Source: Balanoglossus misakiensis
Lineage: Eukaryota; Animalia; Hemichordata
Assembly: GCA_040954595.2 (NCBI GenBank)
Contig: CM082586.2
Span: 7,657,337 to 7,721,336, forward strand
Direction of reading: 5' to 3'
DNA length: 64,000 bases
Shown here: one piece after another, positions 40,047 to 52,200 of the stretch
How the letters are laid out: each line of letters begins with the position of its first letter
How positions within the stretch are numbered: the stretch's first letter is position 1
The notes under the pieces: model-generated
Seen by the model: the letters and a program-made list of their open reading frames with translations, nothing else
What the model was told of the DNA's origin: nothing
The model's database searches: none
Program-made: the position numbers and the translations under genes

Positions 40047-41607
40047 GAAGAATATAGCTGCAAGCAGCAATAGCGGGCCCAAGCCAACATAGCACATAGC
40101 AACATAGCAATAAGCATATCTGCTCTGGATGCCAAGATATGGTAAAGTAGGTCAAAGGTCACCTGAGGTCATGCAAAATTTGGGCAAAAATTTTTGACCC
40201 TATACTGGTCAATGTTAAACAAAAACCAAACCGATAGCCCTATTGGTTAGCCTGGAATTAGGTATGCACATAATTAATGAGGTAGGCAGGTGTCACAGGT
40301 GACCCCCAATTTTGGCTTTTCAATTTTAGTCCAACCCTCCAAACCCCAAGTCTGTACCTGCTCTGGATGCCAAGATATGGTAAAGTAGGTCACCTGAGGT
40401 CACCCAAAATTTGGGCAAGAAATTTTGACCCCATACTTGTCCATGTTCAACAAAAATCTAACCTCTAGCCCTATTGGTTAGCCTGGAATTAGGTATGCAC
40501 ATAATTAATGAGATAAGCAGGTGTCACAGGTGACCTGCAATTTTGGCTTTTCAATTTTAGTCCCAACCCTCCAAACGCCAAGTCTGTACCTGCTCTGGAT
40601 GCCAAGATATAGGAAAGTAGGTCAAAGGTCACCTGAGGTCACCCCAAATTTTGGCAGGAATGTTTAACCCTATACTGGCCCATGTCCAACAACAACAAAA
40701 CCTCTGGCCCTATTAGTTAGCCTGGAATTAGGTATGCACATAATTAATGAGTTAAGCAGGTGTTACAGGTGGGCCCAAAATTTCGCCTTTTATTTTGGTC
40801 TCATTGTGCTCACTGGCCAAAAGACAGTCACTTTACAGGACCATTGCACAGACCAGAATTCCAAAATAAGACATGGACATAGCTTAACTATAGAGGTATA
40901 AGTAAAGGTATAAATTTAATAAAAAAATTAATATAAAAAAATCGGTCGATTTTTCATATTATTTTTTTTCGCTTAAAATTATTGACCAATGCTAGGCTAG
41001 CTGCACACCAAAGTTGGAGATGATTGGCCTAACAGATTTTGAGATATGTATGCATATTTATCCAAAATAATATGTGGTCATAGCTTTACTATGTAAAGTA
41101 TAGGCCGATGGCTTGGGCGAAAAATATGGAAAATAATACTTAAAAATCTTCTCCTCAAAATTGACATGGCCTATGGCCTTGACATTTGGCATGTAGAACC
41201 CTGGCCATATGGTCCACAAAGTATCTGAACAGAATTTTGATATCTCAATTCATATGCAAATTAGGGCGATTTGAAAATTTTGCCCATATATGGTCATCAG
41301 GTCACGTGACTAATTAAACATTCACGAGGGTACTGCACCAGCTCTCATTGGCCTGCACCATTGTGCTAAGTTTGAAATTGGTAGGTTCAGCCGTTCTCCA
41401 GATCTAGCTGGACAAAAAAACGACACAAGAAGAAGAAGAAGAAGAAGTAGAAGAAAAATCCCAGTAATACCAATAGGGCCCAAGCCTGCTGGGCTTGGGC
41501 CCTAAAAAACCCCAGTAATACCAATAGGGCCCAAGCCTGCTGGGCTTGGGCCCTAAAAAAACCCAGTAATACCAATAGGGCCCAAGCCTGCTGGGCTTGG
41601 GCCCTAA
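36754..41607 (-). mobile_element. Three nested non-autonomous Helentron-type (HINE/DINE-like) elements. Bodies 36754-38637, 38638-40050, 40051-41453; 5' heads 41454-41505, 41506-41556, 41557-41607.
   Basis: On the minus strand: 5' palindrome TAGGGCCCAAGCC...GGCTTGGGCCCTA, a (TTC)n microsatellite, a conserved ~650-bp block, and 240-bp internal tandem repeats (5, 3 and 3 units). The 3' end is subTIR GGCTTGGGCCC plus stem-loop GCTGC-TT-GCAGC plus TATATT. Inserted in T runs with no TSD. Confidence 0.85.
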
Positions 41608-44142
41608 TGATAATGTCGTTAAAAGTTCTCATAAAAAAAAAAGAAATAGAAAAAAAGTGGTCTCGAACCAACATCAGTGGACACCTTCAGGTAAAAGTTC
41701 AAGCCTTCCTGAACCCTTCGCCACCACGATGTGTACTCGAAAAAGTCGGAAATTTACCGCACTATATTGCAGCATAACTACAATGATCTTATTTGCCCCG
41801 CAGCGGTGCCAACTCTTATTGGCACCGCAGCGGTGCAAATAAGAGTTCACACCGCTGCGGTGCAAATAAGAGTTCCCTGCACCGCAACGATCTGACCGTT
41901 CTTTATTCACTCCTCGGCGACAAAAACGTTTTATTACGGCCCAAATAATGACTTATTCGCTCCTTGGTTGGTCATGCGGACGGAAAGACACGGTTTTAGC
42001 GAAATTATCTTTCTCTTTCCTGAGCACTACATATTCAGACTTGCCCAAGTGATCCGCGACAAAAAAAATGACCAAGTTTCCCTGCATGTTTCTTATACCC
42101 GACAGATAAAAAATGCAGCGTAGATATTGAAATGAATTGGATTTATGAACATGATAAAAATTACAATGATAATGTCGTTAAAAGTTCTCACAAAAAAAAG
42201 AAATAGAAAAAAGTGGTCTCGAACCAACATCAGTTGACACCTTCAGGTAAAAGTTCAAGCCTTCCTGAACGCTTCGCCACCACGATTTGTACTCGAGAAA
42301 GTCGTAAATTTACCGCACTATATTGCAGCATAACTACAATGATCTTATTTGCACCGCAGCGGTGCCAACTCTTATTTGCACCGCAGCGGTGCAAATAAGA
42401 GATCGCACCGCTGCGGTGCAAATAAGAGTTCCCTGCACCGCAACGATCTGACCGTTCTTTATTCATTCCTCGGCGACAAAAACGTTTTATTACGGCCCAA
42501 ATAATGAGATATTCGCTCCTTGGTTGGTCATGCGGACGGAAAGACACGGTTTTAGCGAAATTATCTTTCTCTTTCCCGAGCACTACGTATTCAGACTTGC
42601 CCAAGTGAACCGCGACAAATAAATGACCAAGTTTCCCTGCATGTTTCTTATACCCGACAGATAAAAAACGCAGCGTAGATATTGAAATGAATTGAATTTA
42701 TGAAAGTGATAAAAATTACAATGATAATGTCGTTAAAAGTTCTCACAAAAAAAAGAAATAGAAAAAAGTGGTCTCGAACCAACATCAGTTGACACCTTCA
42801 GGTAAAAGTTCAAGCCTTCCTGAACGCTTCGCCACCACGATTTGTACTCGAGAAAGTCGTAAATTTACCGCACTATATTGCAGCATAACTACAATGATCT
42901 TATTTGCACCGCAGCGGTGCCAACTCTTATTTGCACCGCAGCGGTGCAAATAAGAGATCGCACCGCTGCGGTGCAAATAAGAGTTCCCTGCACCGCAACG
43001 ATCTGACCGTTCTTTATTCACTCCTCGGCGACAAAAACGTTTTATTACGGCCCAAATAATGAGATATTCGCTCCTTGGTTGGTCATGCGGACGGAAAGAC
43101 ACGGTTTTAGCGAAATTATCTTTCTCTTTCCCGAGCACTACGTATTCAGACTTGCCCAAGTGAACCGCGACAAATAAATGACCAAGTTTCCCTGCATGTT
43201 TCTTATACCCGACAGATAAAAAACGCAGCGTAGATATTGAAATGAATTGAATTTATGAAAGTGATAAAAATTACAATGATAATGTCGTTAAAAGTTCTCA
43301 CAAAAAAAAGAAATAGAAAAAAAAGTGGTCTCGAACCAACATCAGTTGACACCTTCAGGTATAAGTTTAAGCCTTCCTGAACCCTTCGCCATCACGATGT
43401 GTACTCGAAAAAGTCGGAAATTTACCGCACTATATTGCAGCATATTAAACTACAATGATCTTATTTGCACCGCAGCGGTGCCAACTCTTATTTGCACCGC
43501 TGCGGTGCAAATAAGAGATCGCACCGCTGCGGTGCAAATAAGAGTTCCCTGCACCGCAACGATCTGACCGTTCTTTATTCACTCCTCGACGACAAAAACG
43601 TTTTATTACGGCCCAAATAATGACTTATTCGCTCCTTCGTTGGTCATGCGGACGGAAAGACACGGTTTTAGTGAAATTATCTTTCTCTTTCCCGAGCACT
43701 ACGTATTCAGACTTGCCCAAGTGAACCGCGACAAAAAAAATGACCAAGTTTCCCTGCATGTTTCTTATACCCGACAGATAAAAAATGCAGCGTAGATATT
43801 GAAATGAATTGGATTTATGAAAATGATAAAAATTACAATGATAATGTCGTTAAAAGTGCTCATACAAAAAAAGGAAATAGAAAAAGAAGTGGTCTCGAAC
43901 CAACATCAGTTGACACCTTCAGGTATAAGTTTAAGCCTTCCTGAACCCTTCGCCATCACGATGTGTACTCGAAAAAGTCGGAAATTTACCGCACTATATT
44001 GCAGCATAACTACAATGATCTTATTTGCACCGCAGCGGTGCGAACTCTTATTTGCACCGCTGCGGTGCAAATAAGAGTTCCCTGCACCGCAACGATCTGA
44101 CCGTTCTTTATTCACTCCTCGGCGACAAAAACGTTTTATTAC
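41608..44142. repeat. ~530-bp tandem array, right part (~4.5 units)
   Basis: Resumes exactly where the unit was interrupted at 36753 (gataaaaattaaaa|tgataatgtcgttaaaag). Confidence 0.95.
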
Positions 44143-44193
44143 TCCAGCAATAACAGAAGGGGACCAAGCGCCTGAGGGCGCTTGTTCCTCTAA
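44143..44193 (-). mobile_element. HINE-like 5' terminus (hairpin) capping the 530-bp array
   Basis: ccagcaataacagaaggggaccaagcgcc-tgag-ggcgcttgttcctctaa has the same layout as the inner heads (ccagtaataccaatagggcccaagc...gcttgggccctaa) and joins the 88-bp satellite at aa|tg. Confidence 0.65.
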
Positions 44194-44482
44194 TGGCAAT
44201 TTTTCGACTTTGCGAATTTTCAAAATGTGGCAATTTTTCACAAAAAATCATGGGTTATAAAATCATCAAAAAATGACATTTTTTCGACTTTGCGGATTTT
44301 CAAAATTTGGCCATTTTTCACGGAAAATCATGGGTTATAGCTCATGAAAATCATCAAAAAATGACAATTTTTCGACTTTGGGAATTTTCAAAATTTGGCC
44401 ATTTTTCACAAAAAAGCATGGGTTATAACTCATGAAAATCATCAAAAAATGATAATTTTTCGACTTTGCGAATTTTCAAAAT
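44194..44482. repeat. 88-bp satellite, block 3 (~3.3 more diverged monomers)
   Basis: Same monomer in the same orientation as blocks 1 and 2. Confidence 0.95.
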
Positions 44483-44489
44483 AAAATAA

Positions 44490-44630
<141 letters not shown>

Positions 44631-45456
44631 GCTTGTAATGTAATAAAAGGTGCAAGTTTGAAAATATAGTGCCATCTGCCTGTAAAAAATGACTCCTGTC
44701 TTTCAGTGATGTGTGTGCATGCATGAATTGCGTGTGTGTGCAACAAAAGTGAGAACCTGGATTTTCAGATGTGCAGGATCTTAAGTTTTATAACAAAATC
44801 CAGATTGCGTGCTGGAATGAACATCATGATTTTGATGGGAAAGCAATGATGACGGAGACCTTATGTTACGGGATGAACGGAAATCTGAAAAATCCACAGA
44901 TGTAAGCAAATGTAGAGATTCTGTTTTGAATCTAATTCACATTGATTGTGTGTGAATCTATTCTAAACGGGTAGCAAGTCCAAATTTCTCCATTTTATGT
45001 GTGATTAATGTCTGTAAGTCTTTGACACTCAAAGTCATGGGTATGATGGTCCTAAGCTTGTCTAAAAAGTGTTCTAAAAAGTTTAATTCCATGAACAAGA
45101 TAGAGAATGAATCTCTCTACATACTGGTAGTAGTCATATTTTAGATTTACCCCAAAAACTATGGGGAAATTTCACGGGATATTCTGTTTGGGTGAAGTAA
45201 TGGTTTAAAAAAACAACTGCAGTTCTTTTTTGCCAAGTCTAGGTCCCAACCAAGGTAACCCCAGGGTTGAGATAAAACTTACTCGGACGGCGCGGCGCGC
45301 GCCTCAATGTGATGCAGTAAAAGGTCAATGACCACAATTGACCCAAAGAGGTCACCCAATGAGTCACATGACACAATGCATGAGCATCTTTTATCTCGAT
45401 GGTGATATCATTTGGACTTTACTACTAGAAAAGGTTTCGAGTACATGTACGTCATA

Positions 45457-47420
45457 ATGAACCGCCTGTTGGAATTATTTATTGCAGTCTCGACTACATT
45501 TTATCAGTTATTTGAGTCATTCATTAAGTTTTTTCTTCCCCAAAACAAGAAGTCGGTCGCCGGAGAGGTTGTGCTTGTGACCGGCGCTGGCAGTGGCATC
45601 GGTCGGCTGATGTCGATAAACTTTGCCAAGCAAGGTGCTACTCTGGTCCTTTGGGATGTCAACAAAGAAGGCAACGATGAGACGGTGGAACAGATTCAAC
45701 AACTCGGAGGTAAAGCCCACACTTACGTGGTTGACGTCACCAAGAAAGACGTGGTGTATCGTGTTGCAGAACAAGTGGCCAAAGATGTCGGGAATGTGAC
45801 GATATTGATCAACAACGCTGGGGTGGTGAACGGACGCAAATTCTTAGATTGTCCAGACGATTTAATAGAGAGGACAATGTCTGTAAACACAATGGCGCAT
45901 TTCTGGGTGAGTTTCTGAATTTCATCACTAGGAGGATGAAGATCCGTGTACATGATGATGATGTATAATAAAACAATGGAGGTGCAATTGTCACTAATAT
46001 TTAATTGGTATCTCAGAAAAAGTTGACCAGTCATTTCAGAAAGTCACTTGTCAACAAAGAATTAATTTAGTGAAATGTGCAATGTTATTGTTGGCATTTC
46101 AATTTTTGTATGAACTAAACTCAGTTATCAACAATAACATTGCTGGAAGCCGGTATAATCAATGAAAAATTCTAAATATCAGAACTACTGTCTGTAAAGC
46201 AATCTTACAGTGTAACATTTTTTGTCCACAGACACTCAAAGCGTTTCTTCCATCAATGATAGCCAACAACCACGGTCATATTGTAACCATCTCCAGTATC
46301 ATGGGAACTGTTGCTGCACCAAGACTTACAGATTACTGCGCCAGCAAATATGCTACAACAGGTCTCCATGAAGCTCTGCATCTGGAGTTACTGGCTGAAA
46401 AAGTAACTGGCGTTCAGACCACACTGGTTCAACCCTATCAAATCGATACTGGAATGTTCTCAGGGGTATACGTCAAGTAAGTGGGGGGGGGGGGGGGCAG
46501 TGTGATTGAAATCAGATGTAGGGTTGGCTTGATCGTTACCTTTGCCGATTCTTGGCTGTTCTGTTCTCAGATGTCTTGGATGCAGTGTGGCATACATTCA
46601 AGGACAGAACATCAAAGAATAAGATAGCAAAGGTAAAGTTCAGAGTCAATTCTGATTTTAATAAGATTGGAAGGGCAAATTGAGATCTAGTCAATCAAAG
46701 ATTTTCAGTGGGTGACACACGCGAAAAAAAGTGCCACCATATGTTCTTTAGAATGCTCAAATACACCATTTCAGCCATATATATAAGCGTATATAATTGA
46801 AGGTGACTGTATACCTTTAGTAATTACAATGTATAGACATGTCTTTCAGTGTATACAAAATATTTATTTAAATCAGGCTTCAGGCTCATGTTAATTGATA
46901 TGGACTCGTTTTGTCTTGGCATCTCAGACAAGTGCTGTAACTGTCAACCGCTCTGTCTCTTGCAGATTGTTTCCACCACTAAAACCTCAACAGGTTGCTG
47001 ACAAAATACTGCATGCCGTTTTGACCAATCAAAAAGTTCTAATAATACCGAAACTAATGTATTTATTGCCATTTCTGAAATATTAAGTAGTTTCTGTGAA
47101 GTTTCTCTTTTAGGAGTGTTCAGAAAAGAGGAATTTCCAAATTTTCTTCATAACCTTTTTTTATACCCCCACCCCCAAATTTATTCTCGAATTTAAAGTT
47201 TTAAATAAATCTGTACAATTTAGTTACCAGAAAACAAAGTAATGTCAGCATAGCACCATTGCGAAATTAGAGGCACCCACAATGCATATCACATATTCTG
47301 ATTTGTTTATTATTTTGCAGGTGGATGCCAGTGGATTGTATATTCACCATATCACAAGGACTGGGGTTTCTGGACGCCATGACATCATTTACTGGAAAGC
47401 AGAAGAAAAAAGAAGTCTGA
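45457..47420 (+). CDS. Short-chain dehydrogenase/reductase of the SDR16C group (SDR16C5/RDH10/HSD17B11-like); exons 45457-45906, 46232-46476, 46966-~47082, 47321-47420; last donor site appears defective
   Basis: Hydrophobic N-terminus, TGAGSGIG cofactor motif, INNAGV, catalytic YCASK, DTGMF, and C-terminal ...GFLDAMTSFTGK. Exon 3 runs into TAA at 47084-47086. Confidence 0.88.
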
Positions 47421-47881
47421 ACACTGGACATTGTTCTCTTTACGATAAAATTGCTGATAATGTGCAATGTGTGGAAGCGGGTATTTTGGCGTACCAGGAG
47501 CAGAACCTCCATGTGCTAGAAACAACTTGGCAGTCACGTAAAATGTATATGTATCAATTTTCTTTTTTTTTTAAAGCAGTTTGAGAAAAAGATGATACAT
47601 TTGTGTATTTACCAGTAAACTTTCATGGTGTCATGATATGATGTACGGTAATTTTAATTGTTTCACTGGGCTGTTTTCGCTTTCAGTGAGACTTTGAAAA
47701 TGCAAGTCCACCTTATACTGTAGCAATCACTGGGAGGTATACACAAGGTTTGGGTACAATATGCCGAAATCATACCCACCTGTAGTGGTGATAATTGCTT
47801 TGAAAAATTGGAATGACGTGGAGAAACAATAACACTGTTCAGGGAGATTTTATGTTTTCATGAATAAAATTCTCGAATGCA

Positions 47882-48059
47882 CAGTAAAACCTGTCTACAC
47901 CATACACCAAATGGACTGAATAAATTGTTCGGTTTGCAGAGGTGTCTGGTTCATAGACTGTCTTTTAACACGGAGTTCTATGTGGAAGGGACTTCAAAAT
48001 GTGTTTGGTATAGACATGTTTCCAGATAAGACAGGGTTCCTTTCAGACAGATTTTACTG
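47882..48059. mobile_element. pogo/Tigger-like MITE (~180 bp)
   Basis: TIRs cagtaaaacctgtct / agacagattttactg, followed by TA on the right (left flank reads CA). Confidence 0.6.
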
Positions 48060-49270
48060 TATCAGCTGTCACCATTCACACACTCCTGACCAAGAAGAAA
48101 AATATATGATTTTTAAAAAAAGGAGAGAAATGTGTGCAGGCACAAAGAGGCAGTTCTAAACTTCACTGATCGATGCAATAAACTTTTATTATAACAAATA
48201 GAAAGTTTTGCAAAGCTTGTGTTTGGCACACTGTTACACTCCCTCATAATGTTAGTAAAACATGTTGTACACTGTTACAGCACCAGAAGTTTGACACAAA
48301 TATTACAACAGAAAAGCGATACCGACAGAGATATAGATGTATTTGAAGTTCTTAATAATGCTTTTACTTAGCAAGAATATATACTGGAAACAGGATAAAA
48401 CAAAAGTTGCATATACTGTATCAAGAAGATAGCAGTAGAACTACATTGTACATGTACTAATGCAATACTACAAATGATTTCCTAATTTGTCGATTCTGAT
48501 TGATTTGATAACGAACATGCAATCCAATTGGACAACTCTATAATCTTTTCATACTACATTACCACCTTCACCACATAGTCTCTTCCCATTGTTTTCACTG
48601 TACGGTTGACCCCAAATACAGAGCAGTGGGGGTTTCAAGGTTTAGGATTGATTCTACATTGCATGATATTGTGGTAGAGAATGTGCGACACAGCATCACT
48701 GAACAGAATATCAGCACATGCAGTCTGACAATTTCAACAACATTGAAATCAAGCTATACCACATTGCAGCATTCACTAGGAGTATTGCATAAAGCCATGC
48801 TATACACAAAATTTGCCAAGGTTACATGCACAGGCAGACACTAGTACAAATGTCAAGGTCACAGCCAATGACAGCGGTACAAAAATCTACTGGTATTAGG
48901 TACACAACTTGACATGACGCTTACTGAATTTTCAATCTTTGTTAGAGAAGCAGACTGATAAAAAGAAGTACCCAAGTTCACCTAAGAACCTGAACAGCTG
49001 GCTGTGAAATTTCCTTCAAACACTTCTTGAAAGCATGGAATAATCTTTCCACTATGAAGTTAAATAATTGGCATCTTCAGCAAAGCAGAAGTTTAGTAGA
49101 AAATAGTCGAGTGAATGAAACGTTGTTCTAATACAAACTTGAGAAGGAATTGAACATTTACTAACTAAATTTCGAAAGTTATCAAAAGAACACAGTTTGA
49201 TAATCAAAGCAACTGTTGACTGACATAGTGAGACCAAACCATTTAGAATGGAGGGAGGTTTAGGGTATGA

Positions 49271-52200
49271 TTAATCTACACTCATGCCTTCATCATCATC
49301 TTTATCTTTTTTGTCTCCTTCCGATGGTTTCTCTTTGTCGTCTTTTTTATCTTGTCCACCATCCGACTGCATTCCTCGAACAAACGCCTGCAAATCTGTC
49401 AAAAGGGAAAGTTCAAAGTTAGTGTGTACATCTGGCTTGGCAATGTTAGGGTTAATACGAGACATTACAAGAGTTTCTGATGTCAAATAACTGCTTCATT
49501 TCACTTAGATTTCAACCACTTATGAAGCTTACAATCAAAGTCCCTTGGAGTTTCTGGAAGTTCTGGGATTTTTTTCAGAGGTTCCTAAGAGTATTCAAGG
49601 TGTATATGTGACACACAAACAGAGTTTCTGTAAAACATGACTGCATAAATGACATTTTATGACACAATTGGGGGAAAGTACTTTCACAGGGCTTAACCTT
49701 TCACCACCATGGTTCAGTCCAAACCCATTGTTATCTATGATACTGTTGGACCTTTGAAGAGTGTACTGGGGGTGAAAGGGTTAAAATCCCTTGACTTTCC
49801 AGGAGCACAATACATACGAGCAAAGTTACAATGACTATTATGCCTTACCTCCTTTATTGGCAGCATCCACAGCTTCTGGAGTCAAACCAAATTGATTCAT
49901 CAGCGGTCCTAGTTGTCCTGATTGTAAAGCAGCACCAAACATATTCATAGCCTAGTCAAGAAAAAAAACAGCCTCCATGTTACACACACAGTGGTTTCTG
50001 TTATTAAAGGTAAAATATGTTACCAGGGTTCCCCTTGGTATATCTCTATAATTTATAATTTCAGCTACTCTTACAAAGACCTGCGTTCTAGTGTCTCACT
50101 CACACTAAACTGCACAGACACTATACACAGGTTTCCACTGTATATAGAGGTGGCAATTTACACAAGTTAGACTTAATCTCTTAACAGAAGAATCACATAG
50201 GAAATGATCTTAATTGTCCATGCACCCTTGTGTTCACATTGTTTGCACACAAGCAGGTTAAAGCAAAACGCAGACATATTTTGTAGGGCTGTCATGATTT
50301 CACCGTACCTGTTGAAACTGAGGTGAATGCAAAGTCGCACTGAGTTGCTCTGGATCACGTGGAAGAGTTTCTCCTTCCGGAAGATGTTGCAACAATCTCT
50401 GCTGGATTTCAGGATTGGTTAGGATAGGTGCCATAACCTCTGGTGACAGAGTCTGAGACAAGTCAATGGCTGCAAATGAAATGACATTGTTGTTGTTAGC
50501 TCTGAGGTATAGTCATAGACGGGGGCTTCTGTCAATGTCTATGATGTGATGTGCAGTGCAGTTTGAGAGAACTACAATTGTGTGGATGATCATAGTACAT
50601 GTAAAAATATAGAAAGTACATCTTGTCAACTGGAAAATTCTGACAAAATTTTTCAGACAATTATTGAATCTTTGTTTCCAGCCACTATCTCACATATGCA
50701 CAACACAGTATCTCTTTTAGTGTAGTGACATCAGAAAATATGTACAGCTAGTACAATACTTGTACTGTATGATCAAAACCAAGCAACTATGATACACAAG
50801 AAAGTGTAACTGGATAATTTCACATAGAAGACTCACCAGCAGCCTGGTCTTCAGCTCCTTGGGTGCCACCTTCACTCACAGGAACTGAAAAGAAAGAATT
50901 TGTATTTGCCATCAACAACACTGCTATGCATTCCTGTCTCCAAGGAAGACTGCTAATTGTACATTACAGGGTTTAACCCTTTCACCCCCAGTTCCCTCTT
51001 CAGAGTCCAATCTTACCATAGAAAACAATGGGTTTCGACTGAACCATTGTGGCGAAAGGGATAAACCATTAGTAGACACTGTAGGTGACAATTTACAATG
51101 TGTGTCTCCAGAATGGCAATCTGAGGATTTCCTAAGACATGTACGGAAATACATCAAATCTTTGCATGGGTTTCCATCTCTTTCAATAATCATTGTCAGA
51201 GTAGTCTGATTTGAGGGATAGTCATACTCACTGTTCATACTTCCCAGGATATTCTGCAGATCACTGAGTTGAATCGGTTGCCTAGACGACGCGGACTGTG
51301 ACTGGGACGGCAGAGCACCAGATGCCGTGGCCGGGCGCTGGCTGGAGGTGCCACTGCCCCCTGTGCCAGTACCAGTGGTGGTACCACCACTGCCAGTTGT
51401 ACCACTAGTACCAGTACCACTACCACCACCGCTACCACTGCTGCTGGTTGGTCTCTGCCCCGGAGATGACTGGACACGAGATGGTCTGTAAAGATTATTC
51501 ATAATCAACTGATTAGCTGTGTCAAGTAAATTGAGGTTGTCAAACTTAGCTGATAGTATCATACAAATGAGTAATAAACTGTGGGTGTCGAATGTTCTGG
51601 GATGTGTAGTGGCCAGAAACAAGGTTTTTAGATTGTTTCACGTCACTTCTTTTCATCACGTCATACTTACACTGATGAAGTTGTAGACTGAGCACTTCCT
51701 GGTCTGCCTTCACCAATCAAAGATCCAAGTCCACCTAAGCCACCCATACCACCTGCAGATAAAAACAACAATTAAATCAAGGGCTATAACAGATTGGTTG
51801 GGTACACAACAATATGTCATAGGTGTATCAGGCTTGGGACACCAAGTGTAATGACAAAATTTGGTACAGCTTTGAGGCATATTTATGCAGTATTGGGGTG
51901 TAGACGTACAAAGCATACCCCTTGACTATGTCCAGCTAATTTCATGAGTGTGAATTCCATTTCCAGAAATGGGCAGAAAAATAAGACAGCTGCCAAGTGA
52001 CTGAATACTGTATCTTACCAAGGGCACTCAGGCCACCTCCACCCAGCAACTGCATTAACTGTTGCTGATCCATATTACCCAACATACCGAGACCACCTTC
52101 ACCTGAGACAAGATACCCAGAACACAAGTTTGACAGAATGCAATTACAATGTACTTGAAAAATACACGTGTGCTTTCTGACAGTACATACTTCTTTTTGA

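Noticed and set aside
41454-41607. Three palindromic 51-bp repeats (and the 27-bp palindromes) resembling a CRISPR array
   Set aside because: No unique spacers, no cas genes, eukaryotic context; better explained as stacked HINE 5' termini.
32030-44241. Repeated ORFs on both strands (MNKERSDRCGAG..., MVSNQHQLTPSGK...)
   Set aside because: Products of the 530-bp repeat; homopolymer indels shift frames between units and no protein motif is recognisable.
50924-51622. 232-aa minus-strand ORF as an independent gene
   Set aside because: It is ADRM1 exon 6 (51485-51232) plus read-through into flanking introns and a MITE.
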